From assembly GCA_017995975.1 (NCBI GenBank), contig JAGOHU010000001.1:1-49138 (forward strand): 49,138 nt of DNA, read 5' to 3'. A program made the position numbers and the translations under genes. How positions within the stretch are numbered: the first letter of the stretch is position 1; every line of letters begins with the position of its first letter. Of this stretch, positions 1-8,580 are shown piece by piece. Source of the stretch: Negativicutes bacterium (GTDB lineage Bacteria; Bacillota; Negativicutes; JAGOZY01). The notes under the pieces are model-generated. The model ran no database searches. It had not been told where the DNA came from and was given only the letters and a program-made list of their open reading frames with translations.

Positions 1-1212
1 TTGAGTAATGTCTCGAATGTCGGTTCCATCAATCGAAATGGCCCCAGACCCGACCTCGTAAAAGCGAGGGATTAGGTTGACTAAAGTCGTTTTTCCTGAT
101 CCGCTTGGTCCAACTAGAGCAATCATTTGGCCTGGTTTGGCTGTGAAATTTAAATCTTTCAGAACTGGTTCCCCTGGTTTATATTCAAATCCCAAATGAT
201 CAAATGATACTTCCCCTTGAATCTGTTTTAGCTCTTTGGCTCCAAGTTTGTCTTGAATATCGGGAACATGATCCATTACTTCAAAAACTCGGTCTGCATT
301 GGCTAGGGAACGCTGAAGAGCTGCATAAGTTCTTGAAATCCGTTTGATTGGATTGGATAGATTCACTGCATAGAACAAAAAGGCAATCAAAGCCCCAGAA
401 GTAATTTCATCATTTATAACCGACATACCACCATACCAAAAAACGACACAAATCCCAATGGCTGCGAAAAATTCAACAATTGGGTTGAGGAGAGAGCCAG
501 TTCGCACTGCTTTCATGCTAGTACGAAAATTTCTCTCATTTTGTTTATGGAATCGTTCCAGTTCGTATTCTTCTCGAGCAAAAGACTTAACAACTCGAAT
601 TCCTGATAAAAATTCTTGAATAAGTGAGGTAATCTCAGATGCTCGTTCTTGAGCCATCCCACCAATTAAACGAATTTTTCTTCCTAGTTTATCAATTGCA
701 AAAGCAATAATCGGCACTGCGATAAAAGTTAAAGCAGTTAATTTCCAGTTTAGAATAATCATCGAACCAACTGAAAAGATCAAAACAAAGCTTTCTGTAA
801 TAAATTCAACTCCACTATTGAGCATGGCCATTTGAAGACCCCCAATGTCATTGGTGAAGTGACTCATCATAGTCCCGGTCGTTTTTCTTTCATAATAGCC
901 CAATGAAAAATGTTGTATTCTTTTGAAAAAATCTTCTTTCAAATCAATCATCGAGCGTTCCGATACAAAGGACATAAAGTACCCTTGCCCATAAATAAAG
1001 AAGCCTCGTAAAATGAACATAAATAGAATCGCAAAAATAATTTGATTGAGCATTACCACATCTTTATTTTTAAATACATCATCAATTACATCTTTAATTA
1101 CCCAAGGTAAGAAAAGTTGTGCTGCCGATGCGCCGAGCATACATAAAATAGCCAGAGTCAATTTTCCCTTGTAAGGGTGAATGTAACGAATTAATCGCAA
1201 ATAATAGGCCAT
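1..1212 (-). CDS. msbA: Lipid A/LPS-export ABC transporter, fused permease-ATPase (MsbA-like); C-terminal part cut off by the window edge
   Basis: Absent from the ORF track because there is no stop inside the window. My translation of the minus strand from ATG 1212-1210 gives MAYYLRLIRYIHPYKGKLTLAILCMLGASAAQLF..., an ABC-exporter TM domain. Walker A LVGPSGSGKTT is encoded near nt 85-115 and the frame stays open to nt 1. The start overlaps the lpxB stop by 1 nt (TAATG). Confidence 0.85.
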   Translation of the reverse strand, partial: MAYYLRLIRYIHPYKGKLTLAILCMLGASAAQLFLPWVIKDVIDDVFKNKDVVMLNQIIFAILFMFILRGFFIYGQGYFMSFVSERSMIDLKEDFFKRIQHFSLGYYERKTTGTMMSHFTNDIGGLQMAMLNSGVEFITESFVLIFSVGSMIILNWKLTALTFIAVPIIAFAIDKLGRKIRLIGGMAQERASEITSLIQEFLSGIRVVKSFAREEYELERFHKQNERNFRTSMKAVRTGSLLNPIVEFFAAIGICVVFWYGGMSVINDEITSGALIAFLFYAVNLSNPIKRISRTYAALQRSLANADRVFEVMDHVPDIQDKLGAKELKQIQGEVSFDHLGFEYKPGEPVLKDLNFTAKPGQMIALVGPSGSGKTTLVNLIPRFYEVGSGAISIDGTDIRDITQ

Positions 1213-2351
1213 TAGGTTACTCCTTTTCCTGCTATCTCTAAGACTAATTCAGCAGTTCGTTGAACTGCTCCACCGCCCCCAAGAGCTTTTTTCATTTTTG
1301 CTAATTTTTCTAAGACTTGAGTTCTTGCTTCCTCATCATAAAGCCATCGAGAAATTTCGCTAGCAATTCTTTCGCCAGTCACTTCGCCTTGGAGTAATTC
1401 AGGCACGATCTCTTCTCCTACCACAATATTGGGCAATCCAAAATGAGGTAATTTAATCAACATTTTTCCAATCACATAACTGAGAGATGATGCTTTGTAC
1501 ATGATCACTGCAGGTACTCCAAGGAGCGCTGCTTCCAATGATGCAGTACCCGATGTAATCATCCCAGCTGCACAAATAGAAATCAAATCATAGGTATCCC
1601 CTCGGATAATCCGAATAGGTAAGCCTTTCAAATCAGCGATCTCTTGAATCATTGACTCTGAAATGGTGCTCGCAAGGGGAAGAAAAAATTCCAACTTTGA
1701 ATCGGATTTTAATAAAATCTTGGCTGCCTCTACCATCGGTGGGAGTAGCTTTTCAATTTCTTGCTTTCGGCTACCTGGCATCATTAAAATTTGCTTTTTC
1801 TCTGGATCTATCTTGAAAAACTGCTTTGCTTCTTCCAAACTTCTTTTTGGCACTGTAATATCCACAAGCGGGTGTCCAACTTCAATGACATTAGCTCCAG
1901 CTTCTCGATACACTTCTGCCTCAAAAGGAAAGATCGAGGCAACTCGGTCACTAATTTGAGCCACATCTTTGGCTCGTCCACGCCGCCAAGCCCAGGCTGA
2001 GGGACTAATATAGAAAATGACCGGAATACCCATTTGATAGGCTTTCCTCGCAAGTCGAGTATTATATTCTGGGTAATCAATAACAACCAGTGCATCTGCT
2101 TTTCGATTGGCTAGTTCAGTTAGCATGATCTTTCGAATTCGAAATAATTTCCGAATTAATTTTAGACTTCCAACCAAGCCAATCACACCTAAATCATCGA
2201 TTTCTTGTAGAATTTCTACCCCAGATTCTTTCATCTGAGTGCCACCCATCCCAAAGAGCTCTACCTCTGGGCAAGCATGTTTGATCGCTTCAGCTAATTT
2301 AGCCCCATGCAAATCTCCCGAAGCTTCCCCAGCTGACAACATAATTTTCAT
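1212..2351 (-). CDS. lpxB: Lipid-A-disaccharide synthase
   Basis: 379 aa. N-terminus MKIMLSAGEASGDLHGAKL is typical of LpxB. GGAGG SD upstream. Sits in the lpx cluster. Confidence 0.93.
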   Translation of the reverse strand: MKIMLSAGEASGDLHGAKLAEAIKHACPEVELFGMGGTQMKESGVEILQEIDDLGVIGLVGSLKLIRKLFRIRKIMLTELANRKADALVVIDYPEYNTRLARKAYQMGIPVIFYISPSAWAWRRGRAKDVAQISDRVASIFPFEAEVYREAGANVIEVGHPLVDITVPKRSLEEAKQFFKIDPEKKQILMMPGSRKQEIEKLLPPMVEAAKILLKSDSKLEFFLPLASTISESMIQEIADLKGLPIRIIRGDTYDLISICAAGMITSGTASLEAALLGVPAVIMYKASSLSYVIGKMLIKLPHFGLPNIVVGEEIVPELLQGEVTGERIASEISRWLYDEEARTQVLEKLAKMKKALGGGGAVQRTAELVLEIAGKGVT

Positions 2352-2366
2352 TCAAGATACCTCCAC

Positions 2367-2398
2367 AAAAAAAGGCTACGAGATGCCCCTCATAGCCT
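2367..2398 (-). terminator. Intrinsic-terminator-like hairpin plus U-tract between lpxI and lpxB
   Basis: Minus strand reads AGGCTATGAG-GGGCAT-CTCGTAGCCT, a 10-bp stem with one G-U pair, then TTTTTTT. It begins 1 nt after the lpxI stop, and the U-tract runs straight into the lpxB SD (GTGGAGG). Confidence 0.6.
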
Positions 2399-2399
2399 G

Positions 2400-3218
2400 C
2401 TAATTAGCTTCCAATGATTTTGCTACAATTGCAATTCCATTTTCGTCCGCCAAAGCCGCAGTCGCCTTTGCATCAAAGAGAAAAGTTTTACCTGCTTCCA
2501 TTACAATGGCAGTCGCCCCTACTTTAATCATTGTCTGAATTGTATCTGGTCCAACAGTAGGTACATCATATCGTTGATCCTGCTGAGGTTTTGCTGCTTT
2601 GGCAACTACTGCCCCGCCTCGAGCTAACTGACCGCCGCGCAAAATACAAGCATCAGTGCCTTCAATTGCCTCAACCGCCATTACTGCTCCATCTTTTACA
2701 ACCACTGTTTGACCAATATCCAATCCACCGATCGCACAAGCCATCTCTAGACCAAAGTTCATGTCTTTCAGTTCTCTTTCGTCGGGTTGACGTTGAGTAT
2801 AGACCCCAGGTTTAGCCAAGAGTAATTCCAAAGCTTCCATTTGGGATAAAGTTCTCATCCCTTCTTTCGCCAGTTCATCCACACAGGCTTGGAGTAAGGT
2901 ATCATCTTTATAATCTTTTACTCTTGCCAAAAGAGCTAAACCTTTGAAATCTGGGATAATACTTCCCTCCATGATGAATTCTTTACTTACTTTCCCAAGC
3001 ATAACGAGTTCGGTAACTTCATTTTTCTTTAGAAAACTTAAAATTTTTCCAATTTTCCCTACTGGGATAACTTCATAAATTGATGAAACCTGTTGCAGTT
3101 CTTCTTCAACTCCAGGAACCAAAGCAACGGTAACTACTATTCTACCAGCATCTTTCATAGCACGAGCATATTCTACTGGTAAATTTCCAACTCCTGCTAG
3201 AAGGCCTACTTTCTTCAT
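2400..3218 (-). CDS. lpxI: UDP-2,3-diacylglucosamine pyrophosphatase LpxI (DUF1009 family)
   Basis: Track ORF trimmed to MKKVGLLAGVGNLPVEYA..., which has a GGAG SD. The longer ORF would run into lpxA. DUF1009/LpxI-like sequence lying between lpxA and lpxB, the usual LpxI position. Confidence 0.8.
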   Translation of the reverse strand: MKKVGLLAGVGNLPVEYARAMKDAGRIVVTVALVPGVEEELQQVSSIYEVIPVGKIGKILSFLKKNEVTELVMLGKVSKEFIMEGSIIPDFKGLALLARVKDYKDDTLLQACVDELAKEGMRTLSQMEALELLLAKPGVYTQRQPDERELKDMNFGLEMACAIGGLDIGQTVVVKDGAVMAVEAIEGTDACILRGGQLARGGAVVAKAAKPQQDQRYDVPTVGPDTIQTMIKVGATAIVMEAGKTFLFDAKATAALADENGIAIVAKSLEAN

Positions 3219-3237
3219 AGCTTTTTGCTCCGTTTCT

Positions 3238-4062
3238 CTAATCTTTATCAATAGTTCTCTGAGCAGGGCACACTCCACGCTCTGCATTTCTGAGAAATCT
3301 TACAAAATGATCTAGTTCGTCTGAAAAAACTAACTGTTCTTCCATTTGAGTAATGGCTTCCGACAAGCTCAAGCTGCTCCGATACAAGATACGAAAAGCC
3401 TTTTTGATTTCTCGCCGAATTTGCTCAGACACTCCTGCTCTTGCCATGCCCACATTATTCAAGCCTCGAACTTTTGCAGGATAACCAGCTACAATGGTAT
3501 AAGGAGGTACATCGTGACTTACCAAAGCTCCGCCACCTAACATTGCATTTCTACCGATTTTTGTAAATTGGTGAACCGCAGCTAAACCACCGATCACTAC
3601 TCGGTCCTCCACACTAACATGACCGGCTAAGGTGGCGACATTGGACATAATCACATGATTCCCAACAATGCAATCATGGGCAACATGAGTATAAGCCATA
3701 AACAAGCAATTTGAACCAATACGAGTTTCGCCATTTTCGCCAGTTCCTAGGCTAATCGTGCAATACTCACGAAAAGTACAATTATCGCCAATCACGAGAA
3801 AGCTCTTTTCCCCTTTATATTTCAAATCTTGAGGAACGCTTCCAATAGACGCACCCGGGGAAAATCGGCAATTTTTACCGATCATTGTCGAGCCAGCAAT
3901 GACTACGTGAGGACCGATTTTGCACCCATCACCAATTTGTACATTTGGACCAATCACTGCATAAGGGCCGATTTCTACACCCTCACCAATCACTGCACCC
4001 TCTTCTACAATAGCTGTTGGATGGATGCTCGTTTCGCTCCGTTTCGTTTTTATCAATTCCAT
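3238..4062 (-). CDS. lpxA: Acyl-ACP--UDP-N-acetylglucosamine O-acyltransferase
   Basis: 274 aa. Left-handed beta-helix hexapeptide repeats (IHPTAIVEEGAVIGEGVEIGPYAVIGPNVQIG...) plus the LpxA C-terminal helical domain. Confidence 0.94.
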   Translation of the reverse strand: MELIKTKRSETSIHPTAIVEEGAVIGEGVEIGPYAVIGPNVQIGDGCKIGPHVVIAGSTMIGKNCRFSPGASIGSVPQDLKYKGEKSFLVIGDNCTFREYCTISLGTGENGETRIGSNCLFMAYTHVAHDCIVGNHVIMSNVATLAGHVSVEDRVVIGGLAAVHQFTKIGRNAMLGGGALVSHDVPPYTIVAGYPAKVRGLNNVGMARAGVSEQIRREIKKAFRILYRSSLSLSEAITQMEEQLVFSDELDHFVRFLRNAERGVCPAQRTIDKD

Positions 4063-4094
4063 ATTGCATCCCCTTATTCTAAATTTAGAATTCT

Positions 4095-4532
4095 CTATTC
4101 TTCTTTCTTTTTATCAATCAAAGCATAAGTGAATATTGCGCTAGCAACCACTTCACCATCTACCCGCGCCTCAGATTTTACTTTACCAATTAATCCTTTG
4201 TACTTCATCATTTCGCTGGTGATAATCAATTGATCGCCTGGAACGACCGGCTTACGAAATCGTACTTCGTCAATACCTGCAAAAAAAGTACCCATCCCTT
4301 TATATTCGGGACAACACATAATAAATAACCCACCCACTTGACCCATGGCTTCCAAAATCAAAACTCCGGGCATCACTGGATTCTCTGGAAAATGACCATT
4401 GAAAAAAGGTTCATTCACACTCACATTTTTTATCCCCACTGCTTTTTTCATGGGTTCAAGCTCAATCACTCGATCTACCAAAAGAAATGGATAGCGATGA
4501 GGTAAACACTCTTTTATCTCCAAAATATTCAT
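4095..4532 (-). CDS. fabZ: 3-hydroxyacyl-ACP dehydratase FabZ
   Basis: LPHRYPFLLVDRV and FFNGHFP hot-dog dehydratase motifs. Start moved to ATG 4532, which has a GGAGG SD 8 nt upstream and overlaps the lpxC stop by 1 nt. The track start at 4547 is a TTG without an SD. Confidence 0.93.
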   Translation of the reverse strand: MNILEIKECLPHRYPFLLVDRVIELEPMKKAVGIKNVSVNEPFFNGHFPENPVMPGVLILEAMGQVGGLFIMCCPEYKGMGTFFAGIDEVRFRKPVVPGDQLIITSEMMKYKGLIGKVKSEARVDGEVVASAIFTYALIDKKKEE

Positions 4533-5374
4533 TATGACTTCCTCCAATATTCTTCTTGTAGCTGTTTGGCCAATTCGGCGTTCAGCGAATGAGCCGACTG
4601 AGAAGCGATAACATGACCTTTAATTCTAAATCCGCACAAAGCAAGATCACCAATCACATCTAAAATTTTATGTCGCACTAATTCATCTGGAAATCTTGGT
4701 TCATTTAAACTTTTATCTTTGTCATAAACTAAAGCATTTTCAAGGGATCCACCCAAAGCCAAATTGTGTGCTTTCAGGGCTTCTAACTCTTCGACAAATC
4801 CAATCGTTCGTGCTGGGGCAATTTCCTTAATTCCATTACCCTCAGCTAGCTCAATATCATAAAATTGAGTGCCTAGCTCCGGGTGTGAATTCATTGAAAT
4901 AAAGGAAATTCGATACCCTTCATAAGGTTGGATAGTAATGAAGCGATTTTTATCATACACTTGGAAAGATTTTTTCAAATCCAGGTATTGTACCGGCCCA
5001 TCTTGAGTTAATACTCCAACTTTTAAAATCAAATCACAATAAACTTTCGCGCTCCCATCCGCTGCTGGCGGCTCCGGTGAGTTCATCTCGATTTGGCAAT
5101 TATCAACTTCCATCAAGTAAAGAGCAGCCAAAATATGCTCCACTGTAAAAACTTTATTTTCTCCATTCCCCAAAGTAGTTGCCCGCTGAGTAGAAGTGAC
5201 CTGATCGGCTAGAGCAATAATCGTTGCCTGTTCTTCTAAATCAGACCGAATAAAGACAATCCCGGTATTAGGTTCGGCTGGAAAAAATTTGATTCTTACT
5301 GGCTTCCCCGAATGTAATCCAACTCCTTCGAAAACAAAGGATTCCTTGATTGTTTGTTGCCATTTTCTTTTCAT
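4532..5374 (-). CDS. lpxC: UDP-3-O-acyl-N-acetylglucosamine deacetylase
   Basis: 280 aa. The N-terminal region TIKESFVFEGVGLHSGKPV, TVEHILAAL and the C-terminal HK..D region are typical of LpxC. Confidence 0.94.
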   Translation of the reverse strand: MKRKWQQTIKESFVFEGVGLHSGKPVRIKFFPAEPNTGIVFIRSDLEEQATIIALADQVTSTQRATTLGNGENKVFTVEHILAALYLMEVDNCQIEMNSPEPPAADGSAKVYCDLILKVGVLTQDGPVQYLDLKKSFQVYDKNRFITIQPYEGYRISFISMNSHPELGTQFYDIELAEGNGIKEIAPARTIGFVEELEALKAHNLALGGSLENALVYDKDKSLNEPRFPDELVRHKILDVIGDLALCGFRIKGHVIASQSAHSLNAELAKQLQEEYWRKS

Positions 5375-5384
5375 AATACTCTCC

Positions 5385-6257
5385 CTAGCCAGTAGTTCTT
5401 TCTCGCCCTACTAATTTCCAACGATTATGTAGCCAAAACCATTCTTCCGGGTGTTGTCGAATATAATCTTCAATAATCCCCATTAACTCTATTGTAATCT
5501 CTTCTTGCGCCACATGGCGGTCCTTCGCTTGATCAACCATTTTTAGGGGATACACGGTGATATGATGCTTTCCATTGGGTAACCGATGAATAAAGATCGG
5601 GACAATGGGCGCCTTTTGAAGTCTTGCCAAAACCGATGGCCCTGGCTGACTTGAAGTTTCTCTGCCAAAAAAATTCACCCGAATATCGCTCTGAGCAGCA
5701 TATTGATCCATCAAAAGACCAACCGCTCTTCCTTCCTTCAAGTGCCGAACCATATCGCGGACTTCCGCCCTCATCGCCAAAATCATATTGGCTCCACCTC
5801 GTAGGTCCATAATGATTTGATTGACCTCTTTGTTATGCTGAGGTGTCATCACAGCAACCAGCGGATAGCCATACAAAGCCAGTCCGCCTCCCAACCACTC
5901 CCAATTCCCTTGATGGGCTGTAGCGATAATAACGCCTCGATTCATCGCTAAAGCTTCTTCTAGGTGCTCTTTGCCTTCAATTGAAATCCATTGGGATACA
6001 TTTTCCGGAGTCAATTTTGGCAAGGCTAATGCCTCCATAATTAGAACACCCATATTTTGGCAATTCACTTTTGCAAGTTGCCTTGCCCTTTTTTCATCGA
6101 TTTGAAGAGAAATCATCAAGTTCTCCAACATGATAAGTCGTCTTTTTTTAGGTAGAAACCACCAAAGGAGTGTGCCAAATCCCCCGCCCCACAAGCGCCA
6201 ACCCCGTGGCCCCATCCAAGTGGCAAAGGCACTTAATTTTTTCAATATAAAATACAT
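5385..6257 (-). CDS. lpxL: Lipid A late (secondary) acyltransferase, LpxL/HtrB family
   Basis: 290 aa with an N-terminal membrane anchor. HX4E acyltransferase motif in ATAHQGNWEW. Located between lpxD and lpxC. Confidence 0.75.
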   Translation of the reverse strand: MYFILKKLSAFATWMGPRGWRLWGGGFGTLLWWFLPKKRRLIMLENLMISLQIDEKRARQLAKVNCQNMGVLIMEALALPKLTPENVSQWISIEGKEHLEEALAMNRGVIIATAHQGNWEWLGGGLALYGYPLVAVMTPQHNKEVNQIIMDLRGGANMILAMRAEVRDMVRHLKEGRAVGLLMDQYAAQSDIRVNFFGRETSSQPGPSVLARLQKAPIVPIFIHRLPNGKHHITVYPLKMVDQAKDRHVAQEEITIELMGIIEDYIRQHPEEWFWLHNRWKLVGRERTTG

Positions 6258-6271
6258 ACATAATCCTCCGA

Positions 6272-7297
6272 CTACTTGGAACCACTTTTTTCTTCTAATT
6301 TCTGTTCCAAAACACGAATTCTTTTAATTAATTCTGGGACCTGCCGAAGGCCCGCTTCTTCTCGAAGCCATTCACGATGGGGACGTATTGGAAATCCTGC
6401 CATCACCGAGTCATCTGGTACATCATGATTGATCCCACTTCGTCCAGCAAACATGCAGCGATCCCCGATAGTCAAGTGTCCTTTTGTAGCAGTTTGGCCT
6501 CCAAATGTACAATGGTTACCAATTTTAGTGCTACCAGAAACTCCACAAAAAGCCACAAATAAACAATGTTCTCCAGTTTGTACGTTATGAGCCAAATGAA
6601 CTAGGTTATCAGTCTTTGTTCCATTACCAACAATCGTATCACCCAAAGTTCCTCGATCAATTGTTGTATTGGCACCAATTTCTACATCATTGCCAATTAG
6701 CACTCTACCAATCTGGGGCACTTTTTTATGAATTCCCTCTGAAAAAGTAAAACCAAATCCGTCAGCACCGATTACGGCTCCTGAATGAATAATCGTTCCA
6801 TTACCAACTTGGCAATATTCTCGGATTGTTACGTTTGGATAGATAATACAATCTTCACCAACTTCAGCTGAATCACCAACATAAGTATGGGGATAAAGAA
6901 TGGTTCCTTTTCCGACTTTCGCTTGAGGGCCCACATAAGCAAAAGCCATTACAATTGCCCCATCTGCAATCTCAGCAGTCGGGTCCACATGGGCTGCTTG
7001 ATGAATTCCTACTGAGCGGACAAGAGGAGGCTGAAATACTTGACTCAAAATAATAAAAGAAGCCCGTGGATTTTCCACTCGAATCAAGGTCAAGTCACAA
7101 TTCACTTTTGCATCAGAAGGTACCACCACAGCCCCAGCTTTTGCTAAATGCAAATAATCTAAATAAGGAGGAACCGCAAAAGTGATTTCAGTGCTTCCAG
7201 CCTCCTGTAAACCTGCTACTCCATCAATTCGCTTTGCCGAATCTCCTTCTACTTTTCCGCCAATCATTTTAGCCAGTTCTTCAACCGTAAAATTCAC
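6272..7297 (-). CDS. lpxD: UDP-3-O-acylglucosamine N-acyltransferase
   Basis: 341 aa. LpxD N-terminal domain followed by a long hexapeptide-repeat beta-helix. GTG start with GGAGG SD 7 nt upstream. Confidence 0.93.
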   Translation of the reverse strand: MNFTVEELAKMIGGKVEGDSAKRIDGVAGLQEAGSTEITFAVPPYLDYLHLAKAGAVVVPSDAKVNCDLTLIRVENPRASFIILSQVFQPPLVRSVGIHQAAHVDPTAEIADGAIVMAFAYVGPQAKVGKGTILYPHTYVGDSAEVGEDCIIYPNVTIREYCQVGNGTIIHSGAVIGADGFGFTFSEGIHKKVPQIGRVLIGNDVEIGANTTIDRGTLGDTIVGNGTKTDNLVHLAHNVQTGEHCLFVAFCGVSGSTKIGNHCTFGGQTATKGHLTIGDRCMFAGRSGINHDVPDDSVMAGFPIRPHREWLREEAGLRQVPELIKRIRVLEQKLEEKSGSK

Positions 7298-7315
7298 ATC
7301 AAGTCCTCCTATTTT

Positions 7316-7825
7316 CTATTGTTTTGGAGCCTCTTTCTTTTCTTCCGTTGCTTTGGCTTCCTCAGCTGGTTTGGGTTCTACTTTTCCGCCTAATTTAGCG
7401 ATTACATCATCTGTAATGTCGACACTTCCAACCACCACTTGAGCTTTTGTCAAAACAATTCCCATTTTCTTTTCTTGAGCAACTTCCGTAGAAGCTTTTT
7501 GAATTCCTGTAATAAATTCAATTCCAATTTGTTTTTCTAATTCTTGAGCTCGTTTCTGAAATTCTTGTTGTTTTGCCATAAATTCTTGTTGTGCTTTCGC
7601 TGGATCCATTTTTTGCAATTCTGCTTCCAAAGCCTTGCCCTCTTCTTGCAACACTTGTTGTTGAGCAGTCGCTTTTTGAATGATCTCAGCCCCAAATTTA
7701 GATTCCTTTTGGATTCTTTCATAATCAACAACTCCGACTTTTTGGGCCTCATTGCTACAGCCTGCTACCAACAGAGTTGCTCCGATCAAAGCAGCTCCCA
7801 TCCATTTCGTTAAATTCATTTTCAT
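7316..7825 (-). CDS. skp: OmpH/Skp-like periplasmic chaperone, lipoprotein form
   Basis: 169 aa. Signal peptide with lipobox LLVAGC, then a Gln/Glu/Lys-rich coiled-coil region typical of OmpH/Skp. Immediately upstream of lpxD, as in many diderms. Confidence 0.8.
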   Translation of the reverse strand: MKMNLTKWMGAALIGATLLVAGCSNEAQKVGVVDYERIQKESKFGAEIIQKATAQQQVLQEEGKALEAELQKMDPAKAQQEFMAKQQEFQKRAQELEKQIGIEFITGIQKASTEVAQEKKMGIVLTKAQVVVGSVDITDDVIAKLGGKVEPKPAEEAKATEEKKEAPKQ

Positions 7826-7896
7826 CCGTCTCCTTTTATTTACAGTATATCTTCCTAATTATACTAGAAAAGACTACTTTTAAGCAATTATTTCGT

Positions 7897-7923
7897 AAAA
7901 AAAAGCCAGACCCGAAGGACCTG
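7897..7923 (-). terminator. Putative intrinsic terminator after the second skp paralog
   Basis: Minus strand reads CAGGTCC-TTC-GGGTCTG (the stem includes two G-U pairs) followed by GC and T8. Confidence 0.5.
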
Positions 7924-7933
7924 ACCTTTTTCC

Positions 7934-8407
7934 TTACTTGCTATTTAAAATTTTAATGACTTCATCTGTAATATCACTACCACCATATAATACATCATCT
8001 TTAGCTACTACAACAGTGTATCCCTTTGAGTCAGCGGCCTTTTTTACAGCTCCACCAAGCTTTAGTTTCCATGCACTGGAAATATCGCTTTCACTTTTCT
8101 TTATTTTTTCAACCAACTGTTGCTCATATCTTTGTTTTTCATCAGCCGATAAAGCTGCAGCGTTTTTCTTAAAGTCTTCTTCCGCTTGCATCTGAACATC
8201 TTGGAATTGTTTCACCGCATCATTAAAATCGGTGGATTGAGAGCGTACTCGCTCCATATCTACTACCGCAACCGAACTGGCAGGAGCTGCCGAAGCTTGT
8301 CCAGTCATTGAGTTGGCGCCCATAATAAATACGCTTACTACAAAAATAGCAGCAACCGCCAAAGTAATCGTTTTCACATTTCTTGGATTTCTAAGCCACA
8401 TCATCAT
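7934..8407 (-). CDS. OmpH/Skp-like periplasmic chaperone, second paralog (signal peptide, no lipobox)
   Basis: OmpH-like coiled-coil sequence (FQDVQMQAEEDFKKNAAALSADEKQRYEQQLVEKIKK). Start placed at the ATG cluster 8 nt after GGAGG; the track ORF begins 18 nt further upstream at 8425. Confidence 0.75.
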   Translation of the reverse strand: MMMWLRNPRNVKTITLAVAAIFVVSVFIMGANSMTGQASAAPASSVAVVDMERVRSQSTDFNDAVKQFQDVQMQAEEDFKKNAAALSADEKQRYEQQLVEKIKKSESDISSAWKLKLGGAVKKAADSKGYTVVVAKDDVLYGGSDITDEVIKILNSK

Positions 8408-8449
8408 TATAAAATTCCTCCACATCTATTCTCCAATATTACTAGGATT

Positions 8450-8478
8450 ATTATACCTTGTTCTTTTTTGCCTCGCAA
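8450..8478 (-). promoter_or_regulatory. Sigma-70/SigA-type promoter upstream of the skp-skp-lpx genes
   Basis: Minus strand has TTGCGA (8478-8473), a 17-nt spacer, and TATAAT (8455-8450), about 40 nt upstream of the skp paralog start. Confidence 0.6.
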
Positions 8479-8537
8479 TTGATTTTACAAATTATTCCGC
8501 ATTTTAGCGTCCTATTTGTCTTAAAAATATAGGAAAG

Positions 8538-8566
8538 GGTTCTTGACCCTTTGTCAATAAAGAACC
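8538..8566 (-). terminator. Putative terminator hairpin after bamA
   Basis: GGTTC...TTGAC-AAAGG-GTCAA-GAACC hairpin on the minus strand, followed by the T-rich CTTTCCTATATTTTT. Confidence 0.45.
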
Positions 8567-8580
8567 ATCACAGAGTTTGA

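Noticed and set aside
1663-2095. Track ORFs antisense to or out of frame with lpxB. The same class of 60-185-aa ORFs occurs inside almost every large gene, for example 24606-25163, 21991-22443, 9088-9513 and 43722-44213.
   Set aside because: They lie wholly inside well-supported conserved genes, lack SD sequences, and have low-complexity or Ser/Leu/Phe-rich translations typical of shadow frames.
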